Positions 50,461 to 61,530 are shown, counted from the stretch's first letter. The stretch: 64,000 bases of DNA from Candidatus Bathyarchaeota archaeon (GCA_963739305.1 CAVTZU010000010.1:1-64000), one strand, 5' to 3'. The notes: generated by a model from the letters alone, not told the origin. Numbers and translations are program-made.

Positions 50461-50946
50461 ATGCCCCACATAACCATCGAGTACATGATCATGATTCCGA
50501 TGCTGATAATGCAGATTTTCCTTTTTCCACTGACTGCTAGCTTGATAATGAACACGTGGGTTGATTCGCGCAGAACCCTCGCGCTGCAAGACGTAGCAGG
50601 ACATCTGGCCAGCACAATGCAACAGTTGTACTTCTCACTTAATCACGCAAGCATTCCTGTGGGAAAGGCCTCCTACGCTCCGGGGCTCCCACCTCTGATT
50701 GAAGACTACAGTTACGTTGCAAGCGGAACGTTGCGGCCAGTTTCAGGCCCTGGGCCAGACTTCACCAAAGTCATAGATCTAGTAGTTTCGCTTTCTGGGA
50801 CAAAAAACTCTGTTACGACAGCTGTGGTACTTGGACCAAACTTGGTCTGGCAGCCATCTCTTTTCCTAAGCAACTCCACTCGTGCAAGCGTCACTGCTGA
50901 GAAGACGATGAACGGAAACGTAGTCAACTATAACCTTGAGGTTTGA
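50461..50946 (+). CDS. Pilin-like protein lacking a basic leader
   Basis: MPHITIEY plus hydrophobic helix; operon context. Confidence 0.75.
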   Translation: MPHITIEYMIMIPMLIMQIFLFPLTASLIMNTWVDSRRTLALQDVAGHLASTMQQLYFSLNHASIPVGKASYAPGLPPLIEDYSYVASGTLRPVSGPGPDFTKVIDLVVSLSGTKNSVTTAVVLGPNLVWQPSLFLSNSTRASVTAEKTMNGNVVNYNLEV

Positions 50947-50965
50947 TTCATAACGGGGATGAAGA

Positions 50966-52195
50966 ATGGCAGCATCAACAATTGACCACATGGTCGCCCT
51001 AACAGTTTTCCTAGGAGCGCTGTTGCTCTTCATAACGCTATTCAACCAGACGATACAGACAGCGGTTTTGTATCAACAACACAAAATCATCGCATCGAAA
51101 TGCACAGATTTGCTGGACAATGTTCTTCTCAGCCCTGGGTATCCGACCTATTGGGGATCGAGCAACTCCACACCCACCAGCTTCGGACTTCAGGACCCGG
51201 AGTTCACACAGTACCGGGTCAGCCCTTTCTCCCTGATGCGTCTGAATTCGCTTACAGGTTCGCCGATATACTATCCAAAGACTGGCCAGACCTACAGTAA
51301 CATAACAATGGGGTTTGGCAACTTCTTGTTCGTCCCTTACAGTGAAGTAATCAATTATTCAACCGTTTCAATGCTGCTTGGAACCAATAACACATACGGT
51401 TTTCAGATGAACCTAGTCCCAATAGTTAACGTGTCAATCTCGGAGAGACAGTCTTCAAACCCCTTGATCGTCAGCGTAAACGTCACTGGAAAAGGCTTCC
51501 CGCTCATGAATGCCAACCTTACCTACTGTTTCCTAACCGTCTCATTACAAGGCGGTGGAAGCTATCCATCATACACTCCGTCCTACGGGAGCGCATACAC
51601 AGACGAAAAAGGCACGGCGTTTCTATCGTTCCCCACAGTCACGGATCCCAACACTTCGTACGGTTTGATAGTCTATGCCCACATCAGCGGCCTAACAGGC
51701 ATAGGATACAGCCAACGGGTCTCATCAGACCAGCAGTACGTTATTCCGTTGATAGAAGATTTCAATGCAAGAACCGTCATCCTCGCGCACAGCTACGACG
51801 TGCATTATCTCGGACCTCCAGAAGCGGAAATATCGTACAACGCAACTTTCGTTTTGCTGACCGAAGACTTCACGCTCCGTGAAATGCCGATCGATAACTC
51901 CACGGGCAAAATCGGCAAGGTCAACTACGGTAACGGACAACCTTACGATGAGGTCACGATACCGACAGACAACCCGGGAATTCTAGTGATCAGCTATAGA
52001 AAAAGCGCCAATGAAGGAGGCATAATACTCATGCCATGGGGTGTAAGCGCGATGGCGTTCCAAGTAACATTTGGAGCAGATATGAACGGGAAAGAATGGG
52101 TATCTACAGACATACGTGAAGTCACAGTCAACAACGTCGCCTATCAAGCAAGCCTCGCCGTGTGGGATCTAAAGGGTTACCAGGTGAAAGGCTAA
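50966..52195 (+). CDS. Pilin-like protein
   Basis: MAASTIDH plus hydrophobic helix; SPGYPTYW...FGL motif; operon context. Confidence 0.78.
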   Translation: MAASTIDHMVALTVFLGALLLFITLFNQTIQTAVLYQQHKIIASKCTDLLDNVLLSPGYPTYWGSSNSTPTSFGLQDPEFTQYRVSPFSLMRLNSLTGSPIYYPKTGQTYSNITMGFGNFLFVPYSEVINYSTVSMLLGTNNTYGFQMNLVPIVNVSISERQSSNPLIVSVNVTGKGFPLMNANLTYCFLTVSLQGGGSYPSYTPSYGSAYTDEKGTAFLSFPTVTDPNTSYGLIVYAHISGLTGIGYSQRVSSDQQYVIPLIEDFNARTVILAHSYDVHYLGPPEAEISYNATFVLLTEDFTLREMPIDNSTGKIGKVNYGNGQPYDEVTIPTDNPGILVISYRKSANEGGIILMPWGVSAMAFQVTFGADMNGKEWVSTDIREVTVNNVAYQASLAVWDLKGYQVKG

Positions 52196-52196
52196 C

Positions 52197-53498
52197 ATGA
52201 TGCGAACAGTAGAAATCTTGCTTGTAATCATAATCATAACGGGAGCTTTCCTAATCTCCAGCTTTTTCGCAGTTCTACCATCACCCCGACAAGTATCACC
52301 AATAAACCTTCAAAGACTTGCGTTAACAACGCTGCAGACATTAGATGTTGACCATGACCTCAGCAACACGGTTTTCAAACTCTCAAACGATTCATCTTGG
52401 AACGACCTCCAAATCGCGCTTTCAGCAACTCTTCCGCCAAACATAGTCTACAATCTGACCGTCTACGAAGTGCAAACAGGAACAACCCAGCTCTTCAACA
52501 TGACCAACTCGCTCTCAAACGCCGCAAGTCTCGGATTAAGCACAGGTTCCTCCTCATACCTCATCGCTTCTTCAAACGTGACCTTCAACTTCACTCCAGA
52601 AAAAGTCGGCGAACACGGAGGAGGAGGAACTTTGTACATTCTGAACTGCAGCGACGCTTACGGATGGTGGATAACCGGATACACTGCTCAAAAACTTGCA
52701 CAAGACCTCTACAACTTCCTTTCCCCGTACTTCCAAGCAACAATAATGGTGCAGAACACGACCCAACTGGGAATGATTCTAAACGGAACGGCAATATCGT
52801 CAGATCCAAATGAAATCGTACAAAACGCCGTAATCATAGATACTTGCGGAGAAGCAGTGCCAATACCTTCAGGATACTACGCGACTCAAGGGTCTCAAGA
52901 TTCCTATGCAAAGTACTGCTACATTCTTGGACAAAGAACTAGGCAATACAACTGGACTTGGTCGAGCATAGTGGGCTACCCCTTGTACTACGTGAGCAAC
53001 ACAGGTTTGTTCCCCAGCGACCAAAACACATGGGGCATCTACGGTATGAAACTCGTAGCAGCAGCAGGACTAAATGCATTCCTAGAGGGCCTCGACAACC
53101 AACCATACGTTTATAACGGAAACTGGATAACGGGGTCAATAGCTGGAAGTGTCTATCTCTCTTCTGAGGCCCAATACTACTGCAACTACTACGGCATCTA
53201 CCCTTCGTACTATCAGTCTTCAAGCCGTGCACTGCCAACGTCTATCCTCACAACATATCATCTGAACGTTCCAACCTACATCTTTGACCCATCGGGAGGC
53301 TATGTAGCGGGAGCTGTTTACGCGAATGTTAATTCAGGTGCTCTGATGGCGTTGGGGCTAACACGAAGCCCTGACATCAGAATAACAGCGCTTGGCCTTC
53401 TCCAGCACTTTAAGCCCAGACTTTATCGCTCCGACTACAGCGCGGTAGCGACTTCAAAACTGGTTGTTCTCCAGTTAGGACAGATGGGAGGAACCTAG
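52197..53498 (+). CDS. Pilin-like protein
   Basis: MMRTVEILLVIIII plus hydrophobic helix; operon context. Confidence 0.78.
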   Translation: MMRTVEILLVIIIITGAFLISSFFAVLPSPRQVSPINLQRLALTTLQTLDVDHDLSNTVFKLSNDSSWNDLQIALSATLPPNIVYNLTVYEVQTGTTQLFNMTNSLSNAASLGLSTGSSSYLIASSNVTFNFTPEKVGEHGGGGTLYILNCSDAYGWWITGYTAQKLAQDLYNFLSPYFQATIMVQNTTQLGMILNGTAISSDPNEIVQNAVIIDTCGEAVPIPSGYYATQGSQDSYAKYCYILGQRTRQYNWTWSSIVGYPLYYVSNTGLFPSDQNTWGIYGMKLVAAAGLNAFLEGLDNQPYVYNGNWITGSIAGSVYLSSEAQYYCNYYGIYPSYYQSSSRALPTSILTTYHLNVPTYIFDPSGGYVAGAVYANVNSGALMALGLTRSPDIRITALGLLQHFKPRLYRSDYSAVATSKLVVLQLGQMGGT

Positions 53499-53499
53499 C

Positions 53500-56274
53500 A
53501 TGAACAACCGCGGACAATTCTCAATCATTGCCGCTCTGCTTGTAGCAGTGGTGCTCATAGCAACTGTCGTGGCCACGTACTCGAGTATCCGCAACAGCAC
53601 ACTTCCCGAGCAACCCCCTATCCAGAGCGCCATAGACGAAACCAACTTAGCCGTGAAAGAGATCTTAGGTTTCACAGTTGGTTACTACGATTCGATTCTG
53701 AAGAGTACGGGAAACCAAACGTATGCACAGCAACTTGCTATAAACTATCTTGAAGGCGGACTAGAGTACACCGCAAACACACACCCAGATTGGGGAACAT
53801 CATTTAACGTTACAAACTCTCAGTTATTGACAGTCTGGTATTCAAGCGCCAGCTTTAGTTCCGGCAACCTCACAGTTAACTACAACCTGACAGGCCTCGG
53901 AATATACGGCATAACATACAACACCTTTTGCAGCCTGCAGGTGCAGGTTTTGCCGACCGTAAACGATGAAGCTTACGTCAGCGTCACGATGGACGGAAGT
54001 GAGCCCCTCGTGAACCTCGGTGGAAACAACTTCAACTTCTACCGCTACGAAACTGCCAGCTACGATTGGAACCTGATCAACCCAACCGGCAATCTCCTAT
54101 CGTATTCCAACGGAACTTATCAGATTGACATACCATCAGGGGTAGACGTCAACTCTTACCTGGTTCAAGTTGAGGATCAGAGAGGAATAATGGTTGTGGC
54201 ATCCTCTTTCAACACCTACACCTGCAGCTTGACATGGACCGCTCCTTCGAACATCACTGTGACACCGACACAGCATTATGTGGACAACAATAGTTCAGAC
54301 GTTGATTCTTCCCCCAACATAGGCATCCAAAGCAACTTCACGGCAATGCAAAGTGGACCAAACGGAGTAACGGACACGTTAACAGAAGGCATCACAACTG
54401 CAGCGGTTCCAGAGACATGGGTTTCACCGTTCCAATACGAAGGAAGTGGATGGTCAAACGCACCCTATGCTTATGACAAGAACAATCTCACAGCAGCTTC
54501 GGAATCGATCAGTAAGAACAAGTGGAGTGATTATCTGATCTTAGACACAAGCGCAGTGAGTTGCCACAAGATTAGTTATATAATTAACTGGGACCCGCAA
54601 ATCGATGAAATTCAGGTTTCAATCTACAACGGTGCATGGATAAATGTGTATGACGGCAACGGCGCTGGAATGAACAACGTGTGGACGAATCAGAGTTTCT
54701 CTGAAACCTCAGTGACAAAGATGGAATTCCGTTTCCATAACGGTGACAAAAGCGATGCTCATAACGCATATGTCTATGAAGCCCAATTCCTTCAAAGCGC
54801 TACACCCCAAAACTGTCGGTTGGACATAGAGGCCCAATGGACAAATGTCAACCTCACACAACCGAATCAATGGTTGTGCATTTACGGAGGAACAATGTCC
54901 GCAGAGGACATCAGAGTAGACGTGAGAAATGGTTCAACCTGGATAAACCTGTTCACCGACCTGGTCAGCGGATGGAACAACATCTCAGTCTCACAATACG
55001 TAAATTCCCCGACATTTACGATAAGATTCAAAGACGGCACTCAGACCTCAGACCCTGTTCAAGACAGTTGGCAGATAGACGCCGCGCTCCTCCAATCCGG
55101 AACAGCGACAATGGCGAGCGCTGGAACCAGCGACACTATCGTTGCTGAGCTGCTGCAGAACGGGGCAATACGATGGCTTGGACAAAACCTACAGCTCACC
55201 GTGCAGGCCAAACCTATTCCGCCGATACCGGTGAAATCGATCCACGTGAACGAAACCATAGCTAACATAACCTCTGAGGTGCCATTCCAAATTGAAGACT
55301 GGGCTTCGGCGTATACAATACCAATGGGGCTCACGAACAATGCGAGCGTTTTCAGTGGGACAAACATGATTGTCTTCCTCGCCAATTCAAATGTTCAACA
55401 AGTCACGATTTGGTGGAATGGAAGCGACACAGCTATTCAGACACCTAACGCATATACGGACAAATACTTCACCGGCGACAATATCGCTAACGGTTTCTTG
55501 ACGAATGGCATTCTCAGCCTAAGCATAGATGGTTCTTTCAGAGTTACATCAACACAAAACAGTGCGACTGCTACAGCAACGTTTATGCGAATCAATGGGC
55601 AAGCCAGCACGTACGGATCAATTCCGACTTACTCAATCTACCACGGCATAGTCAGGGACATCGTCCATCAAGAAGCAGAATGGAGCAACGGAGCACCCAA
55701 CTGTCCAAACCTGTACGCACACATAGTCTTGACGTTACCCGCAAACGCAACCTACTACACGTACCAGCTAAGACTGATGTTCGAAAACTCACCGCAGACC
55801 AGAAGCATAACAGATCTCTGTCCCTTAAGTCTAGCAACCTCTATAGGAGGACCTGAAACAGAGGATGGAGTCTTGGCTGGGAACCCGAACCCATCGAACT
55901 CAACAGGCTTGTACTACAATCAATCCGCGTCTAATTGGGCACACCACTGGAGCCAATTCATCCAAGGAACAAAGGGCGCGGGAATCATGTTCACAGACAA
56001 CGCCAATCAAGAACTCTATGTCTTTGATAACATCGCCGGCAACTCGACGGGAGCAATCAAAGTTTCTAACTCCTCGAGCAACGTGATTGAACTTCAACCT
56101 GTGTCGAATCTGAAATCGGCCAGCTTCACTTATCCGTTGGACGTAATTTGGTACGGTGCAGTAGCAACGTTTGACGGGAAAACTCCGATTTATGAACAGG
56201 TAAGTGGCGTCAGCACAGGCTTGTGGTTGCTTGTCGAGTATCCGCCAACGGTTACGATTACAACAGGAAACTAG
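53500..56274 (+). CDS. Large (924 aa) pilin-like adhesin with class III signal peptide
   Basis: MNNRG|QFSIIAALLVAVVLI; long beta-rich extracellular region. Confidence 0.82.
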   Translation: MNNRGQFSIIAALLVAVVLIATVVATYSSIRNSTLPEQPPIQSAIDETNLAVKEILGFTVGYYDSILKSTGNQTYAQQLAINYLEGGLEYTANTHPDWGTSFNVTNSQLLTVWYSSASFSSGNLTVNYNLTGLGIYGITYNTFCSLQVQVLPTVNDEAYVSVTMDGSEPLVNLGGNNFNFYRYETASYDWNLINPTGNLLSYSNGTYQIDIPSGVDVNSYLVQVEDQRGIMVVASSFNTYTCSLTWTAPSNITVTPTQHYVDNNSSDVDSSPNIGIQSNFTAMQSGPNGVTDTLTEGITTAAVPETWVSPFQYEGSGWSNAPYAYDKNNLTAASESISKNKWSDYLILDTSAVSCHKISYIINWDPQIDEIQVSIYNGAWINVYDGNGAGMNNVWTNQSFSETSVTKMEFRFHNGDKSDAHNAYVYEAQFLQSATPQNCRLDIEAQWTNVNLTQPNQWLCIYGGTMSAEDIRVDVRNGSTWINLFTDLVSGWNNISVSQYVNSPTFTIRFKDGTQTSDPVQDSWQIDAALLQSGTATMASAGTSDTIVAELLQNGAIRWLGQNLQLTVQAKPIPPIPVKSIHVNETIANITSEVPFQIEDWASAYTIPMGLTNNASVFSGTNMIVFLANSNVQQVTIWWNGSDTAIQTPNAYTDKYFTGDNIANGFLTNGILSLSIDGSFRVTSTQNSATATATFMRINGQASTYGSIPTYSIYHGIVRDIVHQEAEWSNGAPNCPNLYAHIVLTLPANATYYTYQLRLMFENSPQTRSITDLCPLSLATSIGGPETEDGVLAGNPNPSNSTGLYYNQSASNWAHHWSQFIQGTKGAGIMFTDNANQELYVFDNIAGNSTGAIKVSNSSSNVIELQPVSNLKSASFTYPLDVIWYGAVATFDGKTPIYEQVSGVSTGLWLLVEYPPTVTITTGN

Positions 56275-56390
56275 TTGGTGCCCAACATGGTTGAATTGAT
56301 TGCTCAGGTTACTTATGATCTGAATTTCAGGTTCACACAGGTTAAATATACAATCGCAAGATTTCATAGACAAAAGAAAGGTGAGAATAC

Positions 56391-56828
56391 TTGATAACCA
56401 AAACGGGAAAATCAAGAAAGGCCATATCCCCAATACTCGCAACTCTCTTATTGGTCGTCATAGCCGTTGCTGCAATCGTCGTGACCTATGCTTGGATTAT
56501 GACTTATATGAACAACGCCGGGCAACAGGCAGGCGTCATGCTCTACAAAGCAAACGTGAACTTCTACAACGCTAGCGGCACCAAGAGAATCGACGTTGAC
56601 ATAGGCAACTCAGGAACCTCAGACACCACGCTAACGAAATTCTACATCGGACTCTCGACCTCGAATCTCGAGAACCAGACAATTGCCCCTCAATCACTCG
56701 TGCACGGCGGAACAGCAACGATAACGATTGACTATAACTGGACAACAGGAACGACATACTACTTCAAAGTGATTTCCGACAAAGGACAGACAATCGATTG
56801 GCCACAACAAGCACCGTCTACAGCATAG
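56391..56828 (+). CDS. Probable major type IV pilin
   Basis: SRKA|ISPILATLLLVVIAVAAIVVTYAW; own upstream TATA-like box; GTTYYFKV. Confidence 0.9.
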   Translation: MITKTGKSRKAISPILATLLLVVIAVAAIVVTYAWIMTYMNNAGQQAGVMLYKANVNFYNASGTKRIDVDIGNSGTSDTTLTKFYIGLSTSNLENQTIAPQSLVHGGTATITIDYNWTTGTTYYFKVISDKGQTIDWPQQAPSTA

Positions 56829-56850
56829 CGACATGATTCAAAGTATCGAA

Positions 56851-56867
56851 GGCTTCGGATGGAAGCC
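56851..56867 (+). terminator. Short hairpin after the major pilin (terminator or stability element)
   Basis: GGCTTC-GGATG-GAAGCC. Confidence 0.35.
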
Positions 56868-56937
56868 AACCTTCATCTTCTGAAAGAAGTCAAAAACTAA
56901 ATAAACAAACAGTGACTCACGCATAGCATCTTGAAAG

Positions 56938-57753
56938 GTGCCCGGTTTGCTATCTTTCGACGCTGCAAGAACTGGCCTAGTCGTTCTTTTTTTCCTGTAC
57001 TCTGCGTGGAGCGACTACAAATCTCGCGAAGTCAGCGACAAAGTCTGGATAGTTCTCGCCCCGCTTTCGTTAGGGCTAACACTCGCAGAGTTCACTTTGT
57101 ACGAACCATCCCAACTTGTCTCCTATGGCATATGCTTCGGGTTGACTTCAGTTTTTGCAATTATCCTCTTCTACACGGGAGGATTCGGAGGAGCAGACGC
57201 CAAAGCTCTCATGTGCCTCGCGTTAGCTTTGCCCTTCTACCCTGAACAACTCCTCACTCCCGTGGCGGGCCCACCTTCGCCGATTTCAACGAGCTTTTTC
57301 CCAATAACGGTCTTCAGCAACTCCGTGCTTTTCGCAGCCTTCAGCGCCGTTGCATTGCTCGGCTACAACGTGATTCAGCGCATGAAAACAAAAGAACCAT
57401 TCTTTGAAGGAGATCTCGGAAGCGAATCTCTCGGAAAGAAAATCACCGTCATGATAACAGGCTACAAAGCTTCATACCTTAAGCTGAAGGAAAAATGGCA
57501 CATTTACCCGATGGAAGACGTGGAAGAAACCTCAGATAAAGCGTTCAAAAGAAAACTGGTTATCCTTCCAAGGGATGAAGGCCGAGAGAAAATAGTGGAA
57601 AGACTAGGCACGGCTATGAGCGCGGGCATAATCAAAGACAAAGTTTGGGCAACTCCAGGCTTGCCGATGCTAATATTCGTGACTGCGGGACTAATCGTCG
57701 CCCTGTTTTTCGGAGACATCGTCTGGATCTGTGTACGTCTCCTTCTCAGGTGA
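56938..57753 (+). CDS. Prepilin/preflagellin peptidase (A24, FlaK/PibD family)
   Basis: SDYKSREV, GGADAK, VWATPGLPML. Confidence 0.93.
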   Translation: MPGLLSFDAARTGLVVLFFLYSAWSDYKSREVSDKVWIVLAPLSLGLTLAEFTLYEPSQLVSYGICFGLTSVFAIILFYTGGFGGADAKALMCLALALPFYPEQLLTPVAGPPSPISTSFFPITVFSNSVLFAAFSAVALLGYNVIQRMKTKEPFFEGDLGSESLGKKITVMITGYKASYLKLKEKWHIYPMEDVEETSDKAFKRKLVILPRDEGREKIVERLGTAMSAGIIKDKVWATPGLPMLIFVTAGLIVALFFGDIVWICVRLLLR

Positions 57754-57822
57754 AGTCGCCTACTTTTTAAAGGTGCAAATCCTTGATCAATAAGCAACTC
57801 ACTGCAGAAACGATGTGAAAAA

Positions 57823-59179
57823 TTGCCTAAACTCTTCGGAAGCTCAGGAGTTCGCGGTCTGGTAAACGTGGACCTCACCCCAACTTTCGCATCGCGAATA
57901 GGCGCAGCAATCGCGACACAATCTAAAGCCAAGAGAGCGCTGGTGGCGCGGGACACGAGAACCTCAGGTCTCATGCTTGAAAACGCTTTGACCTCAGGGC
58001 TGATGGCAAGCGGAGTAGAATGTGACTCACATGGGAATAGTCCCGACTCCCGTGCTAGCTTTTATGACGAGAAAAATGAACGCAGACGTAGGCGTAATGA
58101 TCACTGCTTCACACAATCCGCCGCGGTACAACGGAATCAAAATCTTCAACTCGGACGGCATGTCGTACACAGAAAAGGATGAGAAAAAAATTGAAAGAAC
58201 CCTCACTCGCAGACGATTTAGTCTTGCAGACTGGCAGAACATCGGCGAAACCAAACGATCAGAAGACTCGCTGGCCTACCTAGAGGAGATAGAACGAGCT
58301 GTCAAACTCTACCGAAAATGGAACATAGTTGTTGATCCAGGTTGCGGAGCCACTTTTGATATTGCGCCAAGACTTCTTAAGAACTTGGGCTGCAGAGTGA
58401 TTCCACTCAACGCTCAACCAGACGGTTTCTTTCCGGCCAGAAGTCCCGAGCCTAATGAACACTCCCTGAAATCACTTGCCGCGACGGTTGAAACTATCGG
58501 TGCAGACCTGGGCATTGCTTACGACGGAGACGGGGATCGAGTGGCGTTCATAGATGAAAAAGGCAGGGTCGTAGACTTCGATCGTGTCTTAGCGGCGTAC
58601 GCGGCCTATGTAGCCAAAAAAAACGACGGTGGACTCGTAGTGACAAATGTGGAGGCCTCAATGTGCATAGAGAAAATGGTGCAGCGACACGGCGCGAAGG
58701 TGATGAGAACGAAAGTTGGAGACGTGTATTTGTCAGAAGCAATGAAAAAGAACAATGCAATTTTTGGAGGAGAACCCTGCGGAGCCTGGATACATCCACA
58801 ATTCCATTATTGCCCAGACGGCATTCTATCTTCAGCCCTGCTTCTCAAAGCTCTTGAAGACGAAAACAGAAAACTGACAGAGATGATCGCGGAGACACCA
58901 AAATACCAGACCTTGAGAAGAAACGTAGCTTGCCCAAATGAAGCAAAGTACGAGATTGTAAAGAGTTTCAGTGAAAACTTTAGGAACGTTTTTCCACATG
59001 CGAACACTGTTTCAAAGGTTGACGGCATTCGAATATCGTTTGAAGACGGATGGATTCTAATCAGGGCATCCGGAACAGAACCTTTGGTCAGACTTACAGT
59101 TGAGGGTGAATCGTTAAAAACAGCAAAGAACATAATGAAAAAGGGTCTAATGCTAATCAAGAAATCGCTGGAAAAGTGA
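57823..59179 (+). CDS. glmM: Phosphoglucosamine mutase / phosphohexomutase, one frameshift ~58020
   Basis: LFGSSGVRG, RDTRTSG in the first frame; PTP, TASHNP, DGDGDR, GGE, RASGTEP in the second. Confidence 0.88.
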
Positions 59180-59185
59180 AATGAA

Positions 59186-60454
59186 TTGAAAGCAGCAGTT
59201 CTCGCCGCCGGAGAGGGAGTACGACTCCAACCACTAACAGCGACCAGGCCAAAACACCTGATCAAGGTCGGTGGAAAACCAATACTTGAACACTGCCTCA
59301 ACACGTTGAAAGCTGCCGGAGTGAAGGAAGTTGTCATCGTTGTCAACTACATGGCAGACTCGATACGAACGTATTTTGGCGATGGAAAAAAGTACGGTAT
59401 TGAGATCCAGTACGTTGAACAGAAAGGCGTGCTGGGAACAGGCAACGCTGTGAGTGTTGTTGAACCCTTCATGCCAAAGGACTTTGTCGTCGTCAACGGA
59501 GACATGCTTTTCGATGCGGAAGCCGTGAAAACGGTCATTGAATCGCATCAGAAGGAGACGCCGTCCGCCACTCTTGCCGTTGTTCCCGTCGAAAAACCAG
59601 AAAACTACGGCATCGTCGAGCTTGATGGTAACAAGGTGAAGAGAATAGTTGAGAAACCCCTGCCCAACCAGGCCCCAACCAACCTTGCAAACGCAGGCAT
59701 CTACGTGTTTTCCCCAGAAATCTTTGGGAAGATTAACCAGACATCACCGTCATCCAGGGGTGAATGGGAAATACCGGATGCACTGACGCTTCTGATTGGC
59801 GAAAACAGACTGGTGACAGCCGTCAAGCTCGATTCCAAACAGTGGCTTGACATAGGAAGACCGTGGGACTTGCTTGAGGCAAATCGATGGGTGCTGACCA
59901 GAATCAGGCACCGAATAAGCGGGTTAATTGAAAACGGAGCACACCTGCTTGGACCAGTGACCGTTGCAGAGACGGCAAAAGTGCGCTCAGGAGCTTACGT
60001 TGAAGGCCCAGCCTACATTGATGAAGAAAGCGACATCGGCCCGAACTGCTACGTTCGCCCTTACACGAGTATCGGAAGAAAAGTCAGGATTGGAAACGCC
60101 TGCGAAATCAAGAACAGCATAGTTATGGATAATTGCCACATCGGTCATCTTTCCTACGTTGGCGACAGCATAATCGGGGAAAATTGCAACTTCGGAGCAG
60201 GCACCATAACGGCCAACTACAGGCTTGATGCCAAAGAAGTCAAGATGATGATCAAAGACAAAGTGGTAGAGACTGGAAGAAAAAAACTCGGCGTCATAAT
60301 GGGTGACGGCGTCAAGACTGGAATCAATGCACTTTTCATGCCTGGCGTCAAAGTCGGAAATGACAGTTGGATAGGCCCGAATGTCTTGGTTCAACGAGAC
60401 TTGCCACGCAAAAGTGTTGTTCTGCTGAAGCAAGACTTGAAGCAAGAAATCTGA
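59186..60454 (+). CDS. glmU: Bifunctional sugar-1-phosphate nucleotidylyltransferase/acetyltransferase
   Basis: LAAGEGVRL.PLT..RPK, hexapeptide repeats, HLSYVGDS. Confidence 0.92.
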   Translation: MKAAVLAAGEGVRLQPLTATRPKHLIKVGGKPILEHCLNTLKAAGVKEVVIVVNYMADSIRTYFGDGKKYGIEIQYVEQKGVLGTGNAVSVVEPFMPKDFVVVNGDMLFDAEAVKTVIESHQKETPSATLAVVPVEKPENYGIVELDGNKVKRIVEKPLPNQAPTNLANAGIYVFSPEIFGKINQTSPSSRGEWEIPDALTLLIGENRLVTAVKLDSKQWLDIGRPWDLLEANRWVLTRIRHRISGLIENGAHLLGPVTVAETAKVRSGAYVEGPAYIDEESDIGPNCYVRPYTSIGRKVRIGNACEIKNSIVMDNCHIGHLSYVGDSIIGENCNFGAGTITANYRLDAKEVKMMIKDKVVETGRKKLGVIMGDGVKTGINALFMPGVKVGNDSWIGPNVLVQRDLPRKSVVLLKQDLKQEI

Positions 60455-60522
60455 GTTGTTGTGGAAATCTTCCGAAAACGATAAAAAGTCAGGACGCTGT
60501 TTCATTTGCAAGACGAAGGCCT

Positions 60523-61023
60523 ATGAAAGAAGAAAAAATGACGAAGCTCATACGGGAGCTGCTTCGGGATTCGAGAAGAAGCGACAGAGAGCTTGCAAGA
60601 GCAATTGGGGCTTCTCAACCAACCGTGACAAGAAACAGGAAACTGCTTGCTAACTACATCAGAAGTTACACGATTGTGCCCGAATTCGAAAAAGTTGGTT
60701 ATGAAATCTTTGCCATCACTTTTGCTAAGGCTAAGACATACGAACGAGGGAAGGTTGATCAGAAACTGAATGTAGCAACGAAATGGGTTATGAACCACCC
60801 GAACATCTTCTTCGCTTCTGATGGAGAAGGTCTTGGGAAGGACGCGGTCATCGTTTCCGTCCATAAAAACTATTCCAAATATGCGGATTTCATGAGGGAT
60901 TACACGGTGACCTTCGCAGACTTCATAACCGACGTTCAATCGTTCGTGGTCAGCCTGAAAACAGGAATAGTGATGAAACCGTTTGACATCAAGTACATTG
61001 CTGAAGACGTAGAGATCACCTGA
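60523..61023 (+). CDS. Lrp/AsnC-family transcriptional regulator
   Basis: LLRDSRRSDRELARAIGASQPTVTR...YTIVP.FEKVGY; start MKEEK. Confidence 0.9.
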   Translation: MKEEKMTKLIRELLRDSRRSDRELARAIGASQPTVTRNRKLLANYIRSYTIVPEFEKVGYEIFAITFAKAKTYERGKVDQKLNVATKWVMNHPNIFFASDGEGLGKDAVIVSVHKNYSKYADFMRDYTVTFADFITDVQSFVVSLKTGIVMKPFDIKYIAEDVEIT

Positions 61024-61101
61024 GCCACTTCAGAATTGCTGCTCCCTTAAAGTCCTAAATAGTTGTTTTGCTGATTCATAATCAGAAATGGAGGTTTCGA
61101 A

Positions 61102-61530
61102 GTGTCAGTGGCTCAAAGGAAATACTTCACAGAAATATCAGCACTAGCAGACAAGAACGTCAACGTCGTTACTTCGAATGGCAAAAGGTTCAGAGGCGTT
61201 TTGATCGGTATTAATCCCGACAATTTGAGCTTGTGCCTTTCAGATGCCAAGGACGAGGAAGGAAAAGTCATGCATAGGATTTTCCTCAACGGAAGCACTG
61301 TGACCCAAATATTCACAGTTGAAAAGCCTTTCGACCTGAAGGCATTAGCTGAACGCCTTGAAAAGGTGTTTCCAACAATGGTCAGGCTTTATGACGACAA
61401 AGGCTTCATTTGGGTAATGGATAAAGTCAAAATTACCGAAAAAGGCGTCGTCGAAGGCTCGGGTCCCGCAGCTGAACGAGTGCAAAAAGTCTACGAACAA
61501 TTCATGGGTGAAGTCAAGGGCAAGACCTAA
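61102..61530 (+). CDS. Sm-like RNA-binding protein, SmAP3 type
   Basis: Sm1/Sm2 (GKRFRGVL.G...LSLCL.DA...IFLNG) plus C-terminal domain GVVEGSGPAAERV. Confidence 0.9.
   Translation: MSVAQRKYFTEISALADKNVNVVTSNGKRFRGVLIGINPDNLSLCLSDAKDEEGKVMHRIFLNGSTVTQIFTVEKPFDLKALAERLEKVFPTMVRLYDDKGFIWVMDKVKITEKGVVEGSGPAAERVQKVYEQFMGEVKGKT

Noticed and set aside
46305-57753. Archaellum operon
   Set aside because: No ArlH, ArlF, ArlG or chemotaxis genes; the major subunit is short and pilin-like.
57990-58040. Programmed frameshift in glmM
   Set aside because: No slippery heptamer or stimulatory structure; similar indels in unrelated genes point to sequencing error.
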